A DNA stretch of 64,000 nt from Ascoidea asiatica JCM 7603 (taxonomy: Eukaryota > Fungi > Ascomycota): NCBI GenBank assembly GCA_001600695.1, contig BCKQ01000002.1, positions 1,776,201 to 1,840,200 on the forward strand, given 5' to 3'. Positions 33,246-45,534 of this stretch are shown here, piece by piece. Under the pieces are notes generated by a model. It was not told the origin of the DNA and made no database searches. It saw only the letters and a list, made by a program, of their open reading frames with translations. Each line of letters starts with the position of its first letter. The first letter of the stretch is position 1. The translations under genes were made by a program, and so were the position numbers.

Positions 33246-36200
33246 TTATTATTTTATTATACTTAGTAATTAATAATTAATAATTATTATGATTTCAAGA
33301 CTTTTAACCGCTATTTTTATTAATTTTCATTGATTTTTTTAATAATATATAAATTACATATAAATTATATATAAAATGAAATACACATTTATAGAAATTT
33401 AAACTTTTTTGCCATTTTTACTCTCATCTAATATCTTTTTACTAATTGACTAACTTACGAAAAAAATTGCCCAATTGATTAATAAATGATTGATTGATCT
33501 TGTTATAAATATAAATGTTAAAAAGAAATGAATAAAAAAAAAATACTTACAATTCATAATAATTTAATTAAAAATATAATATAGCATACCCAACTTTAAT
33601 ACCAGAAAATAAAGTAAAAAATATAACTTTATATCAACTAAATTTATACAACTTCAGATAAAGTAAAATTTAAACGAGGATACCAATTTCATGAACATGC
33701 ACTTTTAACAACCTAGAAGTTTCTTTGAAAGAAAAAAAAGTATATTTCTTTTTTTATTGAAGGAAATTTTTGAAATTTGAATGAATTAATTGAAAATTTT
33801 AAAATAAAAATGTTTTTAAAACATATATAATGGTAAAAAAAGAAACAAATACAACTATTAAACAAAATTCCACACAAACTAATAATTTTTAAACCAGAAT
33901 TAATGAAAAAAATTGATAAAAATTTAAAATATAATAATAAAGTTAATCAAAATTTATTTTTTTTTTTATAAAATTGAAATTGAAATTAACCATAATTGAA
34001 TATAGTAAAACATAATGAAAAAAAAAGGAAACCAAATAAAAGATAAGCAAATAAAACAGATCATTTTAAACCCATTGAAATAAAAACATATTAAATAAAA
34101 TTTCAATAAAACAATTCAAATTGAAAAAAAAAGAAGAAAGAGTAAAAATTTCTTCAATGAAATACACTAAATTTTCAAAAAAACCAGGGTCCGTACTACT
34201 TCTTAGAAACTCATCTTTAACGTTTTAAATAATAAACAATTCTGTAAAAAAGAGATTAACAAAAAAAAAAAAAATCATTTGAATAAATAAGAAAATTCAA
34301 TTGAAGAAAAATATGATTAAATATAATAATTATGCACAACTAGGGCCAATAAATCTTTTTAAAAATTAGAAATTTCAAATCTTACAATTTTAATTTAAAA
34401 CCATTTAATTTAAGTTTGAATTTATTGTTAAAATTATCATTATCATTGACATTGACATTAACATTAAAATAGCATTAACCCATTAGTATAAAGCATAGCA
34501 AAAGGAAATAAATAGCATACACATAAGTAGTTAAAAAAAATTTTTATTTTTAAAGAAAAACCCATTTTTGATAAAAAAAAAATAAAAAATACATTAATAA
34601 AGCATTAAAAATAAAAGAAGAATGCAATGAAATGAAATAAATAAATCAAATTAAGTTGAATTATTTTTCTTTAGTTTTTGTTTTTTTTTGTAAGATTGAT
34701 AATTGATAAAAAAATTTGGCCCAGTGCTTGTTTAAAATAAGTTCATAAAATCCTCAATAAATCCTATTTTTTCTTTTGATTTTTTCTTTTAATTTGTTCT
34801 TTTAATTTTTTCTTTGATTTGAGATTTTTTTTTTCTTTCATAAAAATCTTTATATTTATATTAGGACTAATAAATTAATAATATAATTGTTGTTATTGAG
34901 CTTTGAAAAAAAAAAAAAAAAAAGTAAAAAAAAGCAAAAAAAGTGTAGTATTCCAAATTTTATAAAGAATATATTTGTGAATATATTTAAGGTTTGAGAT
35001 TGATTTGAGATTTAATAATTTAAGAGTAGGAAAGGGAGCACAATATGTGAGATAAAACAGATATAATTATTGATAGATATGATTGAATTAATAGATTTAT
35101 GATAGAAGATGATTTATAAAGAATCAAATGATTAAGATAGATGAATACAACACGAGATAGAAAATTGAATATAAGATTTAATATAAAATTGAAGATTAAT
35201 TTAAAAGTAATTGAACATAAGATTGAAGAATTAGATATAATTATAAAAAAAAGGTAGTAAAATTTAGAATTTTACATTCTAATATTATACATTCAAATCA
35301 AAATTGATTGACTAATTGATTGATTAATTGATTGGTTGTACTCCCTTCCAAGGTGATAAGTGATTAAATAATTGATTATAAAATTCAATATAAAATAGGA
35401 AAATAAAAGATATAATAACTACACTAAATTTTTATTTGAATTTTTAACTAATTTTTTTTTTTAATTTCACGATTTTCTTTTTTTTTTGAATATAAATTTC
35501 AAAATTTCATAGAATTGAGTTTAGCCTCTTTTAAAAAAAAAGGGGAAAGGATAAATAACAGGACAATTTTTTTATATATATACATACAATTTATAATAAT
35601 TTATTTATTTACAACATAATAATAATAATAGTAGTAATAATTTCAATTGAGAATTATGAAATTTTTAAATGAATTAACAGGAGATGAATTTATCATTGAT
35701 AATGAAATGTGAAAGAAAAAATAGATTTAAGATTATTTATATCTTATTCTTTTCATAGATTGATTAATTGATTGAGTGATTGGATGATTGATTTGTAGGG
35801 TTGTTGGATAATTGATTGAAACTGAGAAAAAAGTTAGTTAGTATATTATTCAAAAAGAAAAAGAATGAGAATACATAATGATTGATTCATTGGAGAGAGA
35901 TAAAATTAGATATTGATAACAAGATCGATCATATTAGAATAAAAGTTAGTAATTGGAGATGGATTGATTGAATTGAATAAAGAAGAAATAAATAAATTTA
36001 AACAAAAAAACAAGAATAAGAATAAAGAATGAAGAATGAACATAAACAAATATAAATAGGAATGAATTTATTGTTCAAACCAGATCAAGTTTCAGAGAAA
36101 TACGAGAACCGGGAAATGCACGTGAAAAGGAGACTAATCTGATCTTTATTTTTCCACTTTGGGTAATTTCTAGGTTTTATTGTTAATGCTGTTCGTTTTG

Positions 36201-36298
36201 TGTATTAAATGTATTTATCACTTGCCAACTGCTACAGGATAAAAAGAGAAGAAAATAAAGATCATGAAAAGAAGATGAAACAAAAAAAAAGAGGATGA

Positions 36299-37411
36299 TC
36301 AGGCTGAAAGAATGTCTTGAACGGCAGCAGCAATGGCATCTCCTACTTCAGAAGTGGAGTTGGAACCTCCTAAGTCACCAGTTCTAATACCAGAATCTAA
36401 GACTGTTTTGACAGCTTTTTCAACAGCATTTGCTTCTTCAACTAAATCTAAAGATAATCTTAACATCATTGCAGCACTTAAAATCATTGCAATTGGATTA
36501 ACTTTACCTAAAGGTAAATCTGGAGCAGAACCATGACATGGTTCATATAAACCAAAAGCTTTATTTGTATCAGGTAATGAAGCTAAAGATGCAGAAGGTA
36601 ATAAACCTAATGAACCTGGAATTACAGAAGCTTCATCAGATATTATATCACCAAACATATTCGAAGTAATTACAATACCATTTAATTTTGTTGGAGATTT
36701 AACTAAAATCATTGCTGCAGAATCAATTAATTGATGTTGTAATAAAGGTAATAATTTTGGAAATTCATTTGTAATTGTATTTGTTACTGTTTTTCTCCAT
36801 AATCTTGATGATGCTAATACATTTGCTTTATCTAATGATGTAATTGGTAATGGAGGATTATGTTGTAATGATAAAAATGCTGCCATTCTTGTAATTCTTT
36901 CAACTTCAGGTATTGAATAAGCTTCAGTATCTGATGCAAAACCAGATCCATCATCTTCAATTCTTTTACCAAAATAAATACCTCCAACTAATTCTCTAAC
37001 AATTAAAATATCTGTATTTTTTGCAATTTCTTCTCTTAATGGTGATAAACCAAGTAATGAATCACTTACAAAATTACATGGTCTTAAATTTGCATATAAA
37101 TTTAATTCTTTTCTAATTTTTAATAATCCTTGTTCTGGTCTAACTGATCCTGTACCCCATTTTGGACCTCCAACAGCTCCTAATAAAACTGCATCTGATT
37201 TTTTAGCTGCATTTAAAGCTTTTTCAGATAATGGTTCTCCAGTAGCATCTATTGATGCACCTCCAATTAAATGTTTTTGAAAATTAAATTTAATATTAGA
37301 TCTTGCTTTAGTTATAGAATTTAAAACTTTTATTGCTTCTTCGGCAATTTCTGTACCTACATGATCTCCAGGTAAAATTACAATTGTCTTTTCAATTGGT
37401 TCTGATGACAT
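36299..37411 (-). CDS. LEU2: 3-isopropylmalate dehydrogenase
   Basis: [39 protein letters not shown] and EPCHGSAPD motifs. Confidence 0.98.
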   Translation of the reverse strand: MSSEPIEKTIVILPGDHVGTEIAEEAIKVLNSITKARSNIKFNFQKHLIGGASIDATGEPLSEKALNAAKKSDAVLLGAVGGPKWGTGSVRPEQGLLKIRKELNLYANLRPCNFVSDSLLGLSPLREEIAKNTDILIVRELVGGIYFGKRIEDDGSGFASDTEAYSIPEVERITRMAAFLSLQHNPPLPITSLDKANVLASSRLWRKTVTNTITNEFPKLLPLLQHQLIDSAAMILVKSPTKLNGIVITSNMFGDIISDEASVIPGSLGLLPSASLASLPDTNKAFGLYEPCHGSAPDLPLGKVNPIAMILSAAMMLRLSLDLVEEANAVEKAVKTVLDSGIRTGDLGGSNSTSEVGDAIAAAVQDILSA

Positions 37412-37564
37412 CTTTAGTTTTTTGTAGTAAATAATTATTTAATTGATTTAAATAATAATCTAGTTTAGTATATTATTGATTTTGAGTAATAATGAATTAT
37501 ATAATTATATAATTAAAATTCAACCCCCAGAGAAATAAAAGATGGATAAATAACAAATAAATAC

Positions 37565-37618
37565 TCTGAAATATCTGAAATATCTGAAATATCTGAAATA
37601 TTTTGAAATATTTTGAAA
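37565..37618 (+). repeat. Tandem 9-mer (TCTGAAATA)x4 plus two degenerate TTTTGAAA(TA) copies
   Basis: Read directly from the LEU2 upstream region. Confidence 0.85.
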
Positions 37619-37707
37619 GCTCATCGAATCACACGACGCTTTCCGGTGCTGCTGCTCCTGTTTCCGGGAAAAAATTCTCTTTTTCCTGTTACTTAGAAAA
37701 GAAAAGT

Positions 37708-37717
37708 CCGGAACAGG
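37708..37717 (+). promoter_or_regulatory. Leu3-like site CCGGAACAGG upstream of LEU2
   Basis: One mismatch from CCGGNNCCGG; a related CCTGTTTCCGG and a Gcn4-like TTAGTCA lie nearby. Confidence 0.5.
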
Positions 37718-38331
37718 CATAAACACACTAGCCATTTAGTCACTAGCCACAAAATAATAAAAATTGTAAATGAGACCGCAAATACGGGGCTTCTTTTTTT
37801 CAGACAAGTTCCGTATTTCTGGTCTCTTAGGCAAAATATATTTTTTTATTTTTATTTCATTTAAAGTTTGCATTTTTCACCTCGTCTAAATTAATCTCCA
37901 AAGACAAATGGAATATAAACAAAATAAGTAAATTAATTAATCAATCATCAATCAAGTGCTGAATATTTGAAACTCATCGACAATATTAATCGACAAAATC
38001 CATTTGATGTCTTTAGTTCATCTCTAAGGTAACATTATATCAACAACGACTAATTTAATCTGTTCCATCATTATTATGATTTCAATGTTTAGTGTTTTCT
38101 TTATTCTTCCTTCCGTTTATTTCTTCCATCAACTCATTCATCAATTTATATCTTTTTACCTTATATTATAAGTATCTATGAGTTTCTTGAATTTTATGTA
38201 AAAAGTAAAAAAAGAAAAGAATTATTCTTTATTAAAATATATAAAAAAACACATATTAAATTAATTTATACTAAAATTTATTATAAAAAAAATTTAAGTC
38301 AATTAATCAATAACAAATATAAAAAAAAAAA

Positions 38332-39678
38332 ATGCTTAGTATTTTACTTCTATTATTATCAATTGTTTCAATTGTCTTTGCAAATTCTTCAACTTTTACA
38401 TTATCAAATAGTGATTATAAAGTTGGTATTGTAGATCAAGAGTTAGTAATTGGTGATATAACTGCTTCTAAATTTCAAATAACTTCTTCTGGTATTATTA
38501 AAGTTATCAATACAAATGTTTATTTAAATGTTGATGATGATAATAAATTAGATATTTCTTTAACTGGATCTGCAATTTTCACAATTTCAAATTCAAAAAT
38601 TCAATTCAATTCATCTTCTGTATTTTATGCTTGTACTTCTGGTTCAAATGCTGATCTTTATTTAAATGATTCTAGTTCCGATTGTTCAAAAATTTCTTTA
38701 ACTGCTTCTTTATTAGATGGTGATGATTATGAATCTTATTCTTCTGATTCTACTGAAACTGATACCGAAAGTGCTTCTGAAACAGAAACTGATGTTGAAA
38801 CTGAATCAGTTGATGGTTCTTCAATTGCTACAAAAACTATCTATTCAACAAGAACTGTAGATGGTATTATTGTTCCAGTCTCAACAATCACAGGTGCCGC
38901 TTCAACTATTTTATCTTCAGGTTGGGTTGTATCAACTGTAACTTCAACTGTTTTAGTTCCAGTAACTTCAACTTATACTTCAAAAGGTAAAGATACTTTA
39001 TTAGTTGTAACAACATATACTGAAACTCATGAAACTACTTCTTGTATAACTTCAATTCAAACTTCAATGATTGTTTCAACTGTTTCAACTGAATTAATTA
39101 CTCATAAATCTTGTTATGAAACTGATTGTGAAAAAAATGTAACTTCAACTTTCATTGCTGCTTTTGATGGTTCTTCAACAATTACTTCTGGTCTCTCTTC
39201 TGAAACTGAAACTGATACTGAATCAATGTCTGAAACTGAAACTGAAACTGATTCTTCTACTTCTGAAGCAGATCTAATTTTCGCAACAACTACTTCTAAA
39301 TCAAAATCAAAATCTGCAACTTCATCATCTTCTTCAACTTCCAAAACTGCAAACTTAATATTCACAGAATCTGAACAAGACTCAACCGAATCTGAATCTG
39401 AAACTGAAAGTTCTTCAACTACTTCAATAATTAATTATACAACTGGTAGTAGTGGTATTATAATCTTTGGCGCAGCTTCTTCTTCCACTAATAATCTATT
39501 CTTTAATTCTGATGTATCTACAACTTTAGGTACCTCTGCAACTACTGGTTCTTCCACAAGTGGTACTGCAAGTGCAACTAATGATATTCTTGCAAGTATT
39601 TTCCAAGATTCTGGTAACTCTCTTCAAACAATTTACTGTGGTTATTTAACTGCAATAATTGCTTTATTATTCTTATAA
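38332..39678 (+). CDS. Ser/Thr-rich GPI-anchored cell wall protein
   Basis: Signal peptide MLSILLLLLSIVSIVFA, beta-rich domain with FYAC…C, (ET)n and S/T tracts, SCYETDC motif, hydrophobic C-terminal GPI signal. Confidence 0.8.
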   Translation: MLSILLLLLSIVSIVFANSSTFTLSNSDYKVGIVDQELVIGDITASKFQITSSGIIKVINTNVYLNVDDDNKLDISLTGSAIFTISNSKIQFNSSSVFYACTSGSNADLYLNDSSSDCSKISLTASLLDGDDYESYSSDSTETDTESASETETDVETESVDGSSIATKTIYSTRTVDGIIVPVSTITGAASTILSSGWVVSTVTSTVLVPVTSTYTSKGKDTLLVVTTYTETHETTSCITSIQTSMIVSTVSTELITHKSCYETDCEKNVTSTFIAAFDGSSTITSGLSSETETDTESMSETETETDSSTSEADLIFATTTSKSKSKSATSSSSSTSKTANLIFTESEQDSTESESETESSSTTSIINYTTGSSGIIIFGAASSSTNNLFFNSDVSTTLGTSATTGSSTSGTASATNDILASIFQDSGNSLQTIYCGYLTAIIALLFL

Positions 39679-39871
39679 TACTTCTATTCTTTTTCTATTC
39701 TACTCTATTGTTTCCAAAAAATGGTCTTTTAATCTTCTTTTATTTTTTTAATTTTATGGTTTTCAAAACAATCTAACTTAAATTGGTACTTTTTTTTTCT
39801 GGTTGTGTTGGTTTCTTTACGGTTGGTGCTTTTCCTGTTTTTATTATTTTTTCTCTCTTATTTTCTTCCTT

Positions 39872-40200
39872 ATTCAATCAAATCAACTGTATGGTTTGAA
39901 TTATCATTTTACATGTTATAATCTAAATTTTCAAAATCTATTCAATTACAATAATATCTAACATTCAATAATTAAAATTCAACATTTATTCACAATCTTA
40001 ACAACTTTTTACATCAAAAATTAAACAAATGATGCGTTGATATTTCAAATTACTACAATTTCCTTTTGTCTTAATTTCATAATTTTTATCATCCTTTCTA
40101 ATAACTTTTTAGTGTATTATTTTCCCTTATTCATTATCCATACTTCTTGCACTTTTGGCTTATACATGATGTCGAATCTCCAATGCTTATTTTTATCAGT
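39872..40200 (-). pseudogene. Possible relic of a non-LTR retrotransposon AP-endonuclease domain
   Basis: Stop-riddled frame: WRFDIMYKP…KLLERMIKIMKLRQKEIVVI*NINA…VNKC*ILIIE…(shift)NHTVDLI. Follows the APE order YxP / GDxN / NxxG / D-l-i. Confidence 0.35.
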
Positions 40201-40834
40201 TATTTTACTATATTTTCCTCGTTATTTCACATAATGTTGTTTATTTTTTATCTGGTCAATTCTTTGTCATATTAAAGTAATTATTTTCAAATCTATATTG
40301 TCATTGTTTTAATTTCAACTCATTTTTCCAAAATGTTCAATTCATTATCAAATCCATGAATTCAAATTTATTTGTGGTTAATTAGTTACTTATTTTTATT
40401 GATCAGTTTAGTATATTGGTTCTTTTGGTTAGGTTTTATATATAATGTGGTTATGTCTTTTGTAATATGATATTTCATTCCTTTTTATTTTTTTTTGTCT
40501 TTATAACTTTATAGTTTTGATTCTTACATTTATAAATATTTCCCTGTAAGATAAATAAACAATTAATACTTTTTAAAGTATACTTCATAACTAAATCAAT
40601 TCTAAAATTATTTTAATTTTCTTTTTGTTTACAGTTTTCAAAAAAAAATAAAGATGAAAAAAAAATATATTTATATTGCGTGAAAATTATACATGAAATT
40701 AACTCTTTTATTTACATGAATTAAAAGTGAAAGTAGAAAAGGAATATCGAGAATGTAAAAAAATAAAGTTAAAATAAGAATAAAAATAAAAATTGAATCT
40801 ATAATATTATACGAAAAAAACTGTGGCTCTTATT

Positions 40835-42418
40835 TTATTTTTTATCATTTTTTTTCTCATCTTTTGTATCATTATTATCATTATTATTATCTTTAATATC
40901 TTTAGTATTGACTTCAATTTGACTTGAAATTTTTTTGAAAGCATTTGCTAAGAAATTTTCAATTCTTTTCATTTTTGAAGGAGATTCAGGTTGATTTTCT
41001 TCATTTGATACAGGCTTTGAATTTTCTTCAGATTTCCATAATGGATTAACTCTTTTTGCAATTGGATCATTAAAGGCATCAGCTAAAGCTTCTAATAAAG
41101 CAATTTGAGTTGCAGTTTTTGGTTTTAATATTTTAACATTAAATTTTATAATTAAATCACCTCTATGAGAAGAATTTGAAGTTCTTGGTAAACCTTTTGA
41201 AGGTATAGAAATTTCATCATTATTTGCAATTCCAGAAGGAATTTTTATATTTACATGAGGACCATCTATTGTTGGAACTTCGACTTGACCACCTAAAGCA
41301 GCAGTTGTCATTGGAATTTGAACATTATGAATAAGATTTTTACCTTTAACAGTAAAATCAGGATCAGGTAAAACACGAATCCTTATTATTAAATCACCTT
41401 TAAGTAAATTAACATCAGGTCCCTTTGTCATCATTGGAGAATCACCTTGAGCATAGAGTTTAACACGAACACCATCAGTTATACCAGGAGGTAAATCAAT
41501 TGTTGTTGATTTTTTTAAATTTTCTACACCAGCACCATGACAAGTTGTACAAGCATCTTGTTTTTTAATAACAGTACCTGTACCAAGACAATGATTACAA
41601 GTTGAAGCCATTTGAAAATTACCTGCAATATAAGCAGTTTGTTGACCAGAACCATTACAACCTGGACATGTTGATTTTTTTTTATTTTTTTTTAAACCAG
41701 AACCTGAACAAGATCTACAAGAATCATAAACTGAATAATTAATATTCATTTTTTTACCAAATATTGATTCTTTTAAAGTTATATTTTGTAAAATTTCAAC
41801 ATTTTCACCAATATGTTCAGATACAAAAGAAGATGAACCTCTTCCAGCTTTTCCACGTTTTGTACTTCCACCAAAGGCAGCACTAAAAATATCTTCAAAA
41901 TTAACACTTTCAAAAGGATTATTATTACCAAATGGACTACCTTGACCAAATGGATTACCACCTTGGAAAGGATTACCTTGACTTTGACCTTGAAAATTAT
42001 TTGTATCAGTTGTACCAAAAGTATCAAAAGCAGATTTTTTTGCAGGATCAGATAAAATTTCATAAGCATCTTGTACATCATGAAAATTTTTTTCAGCACC
42101 ATCAGATTTATTTACATCAGGATGATATTTTTTAGCTAATTTATAATAAGCTTTTTTAATTTGAGAACTATCAGCATTTTTATCAATACCTAAAGTTTTA
42201 TAAGGATTATCTATTGCAAAATTTGATGAAGTTGTATGAAATTTAGATCGTTGTTGATAATTGAAATTATTATTTGATAAAGAATTTGAAAAAGTCGAAA
42301 AATTCGAAATATGCAGAGTGATTAAAGAACGATAACATGAAATATTATTTAATTTTAACTGACTTTGATTTAAATTTATTAAGGCTCTTGAAAAAGTAGC
42401 ACATGAAGGTTTATACAT
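40835..42418 (-). CDS. MDJ1: Mitochondrial DnaJ co-chaperone
   Basis: Presequence, J-domain with HPD, G/F region, four CxxCxGxG repeats. Confidence 0.93.
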   Translation of the reverse strand: MYKPSCATFSRALINLNQSQLKLNNISCYRSLITLHISNFSTFSNSLSNNNFNYQQRSKFHTTSSNFAIDNPYKTLGIDKNADSSQIKKAYYKLAKKYHPDVNKSDGAEKNFHDVQDAYEILSDPAKKSAFDTFGTTDTNNFQGQSQGNPFQGGNPFGQGSPFGNNNPFESVNFEDIFSAAFGGSTKRGKAGRGSSSFVSEHIGENVEILQNITLKESIFGKKMNINYSVYDSCRSCSGSGLKKNKKKSTCPGCNGSGQQTAYIAGNFQMASTCNHCLGTGTVIKKQDACTTCHGAGVENLKKSTTIDLPPGITDGVRVKLYAQGDSPMMTKGPDVNLLKGDLIIRIRVLPDPDFTVKGKNLIHNVQIPMTTAALGGQVEVPTIDGPHVNIKIPSGIANNDEISIPSKGLPRTSNSSHRGDLIIKFNVKILKPKTATQIALLEALADAFNDPIAKRVNPLWKSEENSKPVSNEENQPESPSKMKRIENFLANAFKKISSQIEVNTKDIKDNNNDNNDTKDEKKNDKK

Positions 42419-42769
42419 TTTTCTTTTTTCTTAATTTTCTTAAAATTATATTCTTCTAATATCAATGAAAAAGGAAAATCAAAAAACAAAAATTGAAAAA
42501 AATAAATGAAATTTGATGTAAGATAAAATACAAATTCAGAATAGTGATATGATTTTAATATTTGTCAACTTCTAATGATATTCCAAATAAATAATGCTTT
42601 TTTTTTTAATCTGACTTGTCTGATCCTCTATTGAAGTTACTTCTCCAAGTTTCTAAAATTCTAATTTTTTTATTTTCCAAAAAGAATTTGAATCTCATAA
42701 TGAAAAAAACAGTTACTAACAATAATTAAGCTTGATTTCAGACTATGAAAATATTACTAAAAAATCATG

Positions 42770-43260
42770 GCCCGGGCGGGTAACGAAAAACCTCGCTTTT
42801 CCAGAAATTTCCAAAATTTTCCATTTTTTTCCGTAATCACAAGGACGCCACCGGGGCCAAAAGGATGTGGCAGTGTTGTAACTGAGCCACTTAAAAGTCG
42901 AAAAATGAGTTTCGAGGTGTAAGTTCCGGGTATCACGCTTTGTGATTAATGGTTTTCTGCCTATTTACACTTTTGGATACATATGTGCTACTTTATCCCG
43001 CATACAAGCATGCGCCACGCCAGCGGTTGCTCTCCGCCCTCCAGTTGCTTTTACCTGGGTGCGCCGGATTAACTTCCTGATTGCTATTGAACTGCTTGAT
43101 AAAAGCTAAGATGCTCGGCAGCATTTTGTGCACGGATGCGGAACATTTGCTTGCGCGGTGTGTGTTTGGCGGCGCTGAACTGCGCTGCTTGGAGTCCGGT
43201 TGCGTCTGGTCTCAAACTTGTCCTAGATTAACGTTAAATTGGCTAGTTTATTGACTGGAC
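42770..43260. promoter_or_regulatory. GC-rich regulatory island between divergent MDJ1 and UNC-93-like genes
   Basis: Local GC peak rich in CCG/CGG triplets; no convincing ORF. Confidence 0.45.
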
Positions 43261-44064
43261 TTAAGCTTAATTTCCTATTTTTATCATTTTGAAGTAATTT
43301 TGGTTCCAGATCAGAAAATGTTTCTCATGAATATTTTTTTTTTCAACTTCGTTCGCTAACTTCGTCTGGCACTCTTTATCAATTATTTACTTTTTTTTAA
43401 GTAAGCAATCTTTATCTGAAATAATCCTTTATCTGCATTACATTCTTTATCGAGAATCTTCATCTCTTTGATTTCATCATTTGTTTTTATTTGCTTTTTA
43501 CTCGAGTTTATTAATGTTTGAGTTACCTGGTTTTAATTTTCACTTTATTATTCTATTATTATTCTTACTTTTATTTCTGAATTTTCATTAATGATACCTA
43601 ATTACACTTTTTCATTTTTTTGAATTTATTCATATTCTTTATCTACCTATTATCTCATTTTCATTTTTATCTAAGACTTTTTATCTAATTTATATTGATT
43701 TTTCTCAAGGCTTATTTAATCTTTAATAATTAATCATTACTCTATTTATTAGTATTGTTGTGTTCTAAATTTAAGTATCTTTCTCAAACTTTACTTATCT
43801 TTCTTATCCACTTACAGGTAAACATTACCAAATCAAAAAGATAAAAAGAAAAGAAAAAAGAATAAGGATTCCTATTTTTTATATTTGAATAATTTATCTA
43901 CTTATTTATTTATATTCCTATATTTTCATATTTATTCTTCTTTTCATATTTTCACATTTATATTTTCATATTCATATATCCATATTCATATATTTTTATT
44001 TTCAAATTAAATCAAATCAAATCAAATCAAATCAAATCTGACAAAGTCAAATATAATAATAACA

Positions 44065-45534
44065 ATGTCTGAGTCTGAAGACCCTAAAAAAGTTGAGGAA
44101 ACTCAAATAAATCCATCTCCTTCTGATGATATCAATCCTAGTTTACCCGAAATTTCAAATATTAAAAAAAAAAAATATATAACTTCAAATTTTCATTATA
44201 ATTCTTCTTTAACTCAAATAATTATGGTAAGTTTTGTTTGTTTTTTATGTCCAGGTATGTTTAATGCTTTAAGTGGTCTTGGTGGTGCTGGTATGAGTAC
44301 TTCATTAGCTGATAAAGCAAATACTGCTCTTTATAGTACTTTTGCAACTCTTGGGTTTTTTTCTGGTATAATTTGTAATACTTTAGGTATAACTTATACA
44401 CTTTCTTTTGGTGGAAGTGGTTATGCAATTTATTGTGCTGCTTTTCTTTGTTATTATCATACTCAAAATGAAGGTTTTGTTATATTTTCTGGTGCTTGGC
44501 TTGGTATAACTGCTGCTTGTCTTTGGTCTGCTCAAGGTTCAATAATGTTAAGTTATCCAACTGAAGATTTTAAAGCAAGAGCAATTTCAATATTTTGGAT
44601 AATATTTAATTTAGGTGCTGTAATTGGTTCAATAATACCTTTAGCAAATAATATTAATAATAAAGGTACAACTGTTAATGATGGTACTTATATTGCTTTT
44701 TTAGTTTTAATGATTTTTGGCTTTATTTTAGCTTTATTTTTATTACCTGCTGAAAAAGTTATAAAACAAGATGGTACAAAAGTTATAACTCAAAAACATC
44801 CAACTTGGAAATCTGAAATGAAAGCTTTATTTAATGTTTTAATTAATGAACCTTATATTCTTTTTTTATTTCCAATGTTTTTTGCTTCAAATTGGTTTTA
44901 TACTTATCAACAAAATTGTGTAAATGCTGGACGTTTTAATATCAGAACAAGATCACTTAATTCACTAATATATTGGTTTGCTCAAATAATTGGAGCTACA
45001 ATTATGGGATTTGTTTTAGATTGTAAATATTTTCAAAGAAAAAATAGAGCTAAAATTGGTTGGATATTATTATTTATATTAACAAATGTAATTTGGGGTG
45101 GTGGTTTAGATTTTCAATTACAATTCACAAGAGAATCTGCTTTAAAAATGACTCCAATTGATTATAAAGATGGTAATTATATTGGTCCAATGTTTTTATA
45201 TATATTTTATGGATTATATGATTCAATATGGCAAACTTATATATATTGGATTCTTGGATCTTTATCAAATAATTCAAGAAAAGCTGCAATTTACGCAGGT
45301 TATTTAAAAGGTATTCAAAGTGCTGGATCTGCTGTTGTTTGGAGAATGGATGATTTAAAAATAAGTTATATAAATTCATTTGCTTCTTGTTGGGGACTTC
45401 TTGGAGGTTCTTTACTTGTTGCAATTCCAGTTATTTTTTTCAAAATTACAAATACTACTGAAATTGAAACAGATTTAAAAATGTCTGATGAAACAATTGA
45501 AGATATTTATGTTAAACCGAAAACTGATGTTTGA
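44065..45534 (+). CDS. UNC-93-like MFS transporter
   Basis: FLCPGMFNALSGLGGAG, WSAQGSIMLSYP and FNIRTRSLN motifs; about 12 hydrophobic segments. Confidence 0.85.
   Translation: MSESEDPKKVEETQINPSPSDDINPSLPEISNIKKKKYITSNFHYNSSLTQIIMVSFVCFLCPGMFNALSGLGGAGMSTSLADKANTALYSTFATLGFFSGIICNTLGITYTLSFGGSGYAIYCAAFLCYYHTQNEGFVIFSGAWLGITAACLWSAQGSIMLSYPTEDFKARAISIFWIIFNLGAVIGSIIPLANNINNKGTTVNDGTYIAFLVLMIFGFILALFLLPAEKVIKQDGTKVITQKHPTWKSEMKALFNVLINEPYILFLFPMFFASNWFYTYQQNCVNAGRFNIRTRSLNSLIYWFAQIIGATIMGFVLDCKYFQRKNRAKIGWILLFILTNVIWGGGLDFQLQFTRESALKMTPIDYKDGNYIGPMFLYIFYGLYDSIWQTYIYWILGSLSNNSRKAAIYAGYLKGIQSAGSAVVWRMDDLKISYINSFASCWGLLGGSLLVAIPVIFFKITNTTEIETDLKMSDETIEDIYVKPKTDV

Noticed and set aside
36119-36240. 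Point centromere (CDEI-CDEII-CDEIII) at the CACGTG
   Set aside because: No long, very AT-rich CDEII directly adjacent and no CCGAA CDEIII at the right spacing.
37565-37618. CRISPR-like array
   Set aside because: Spacer-less short tandem repeat in a eukaryote; the same applies to the 49112 repeat.
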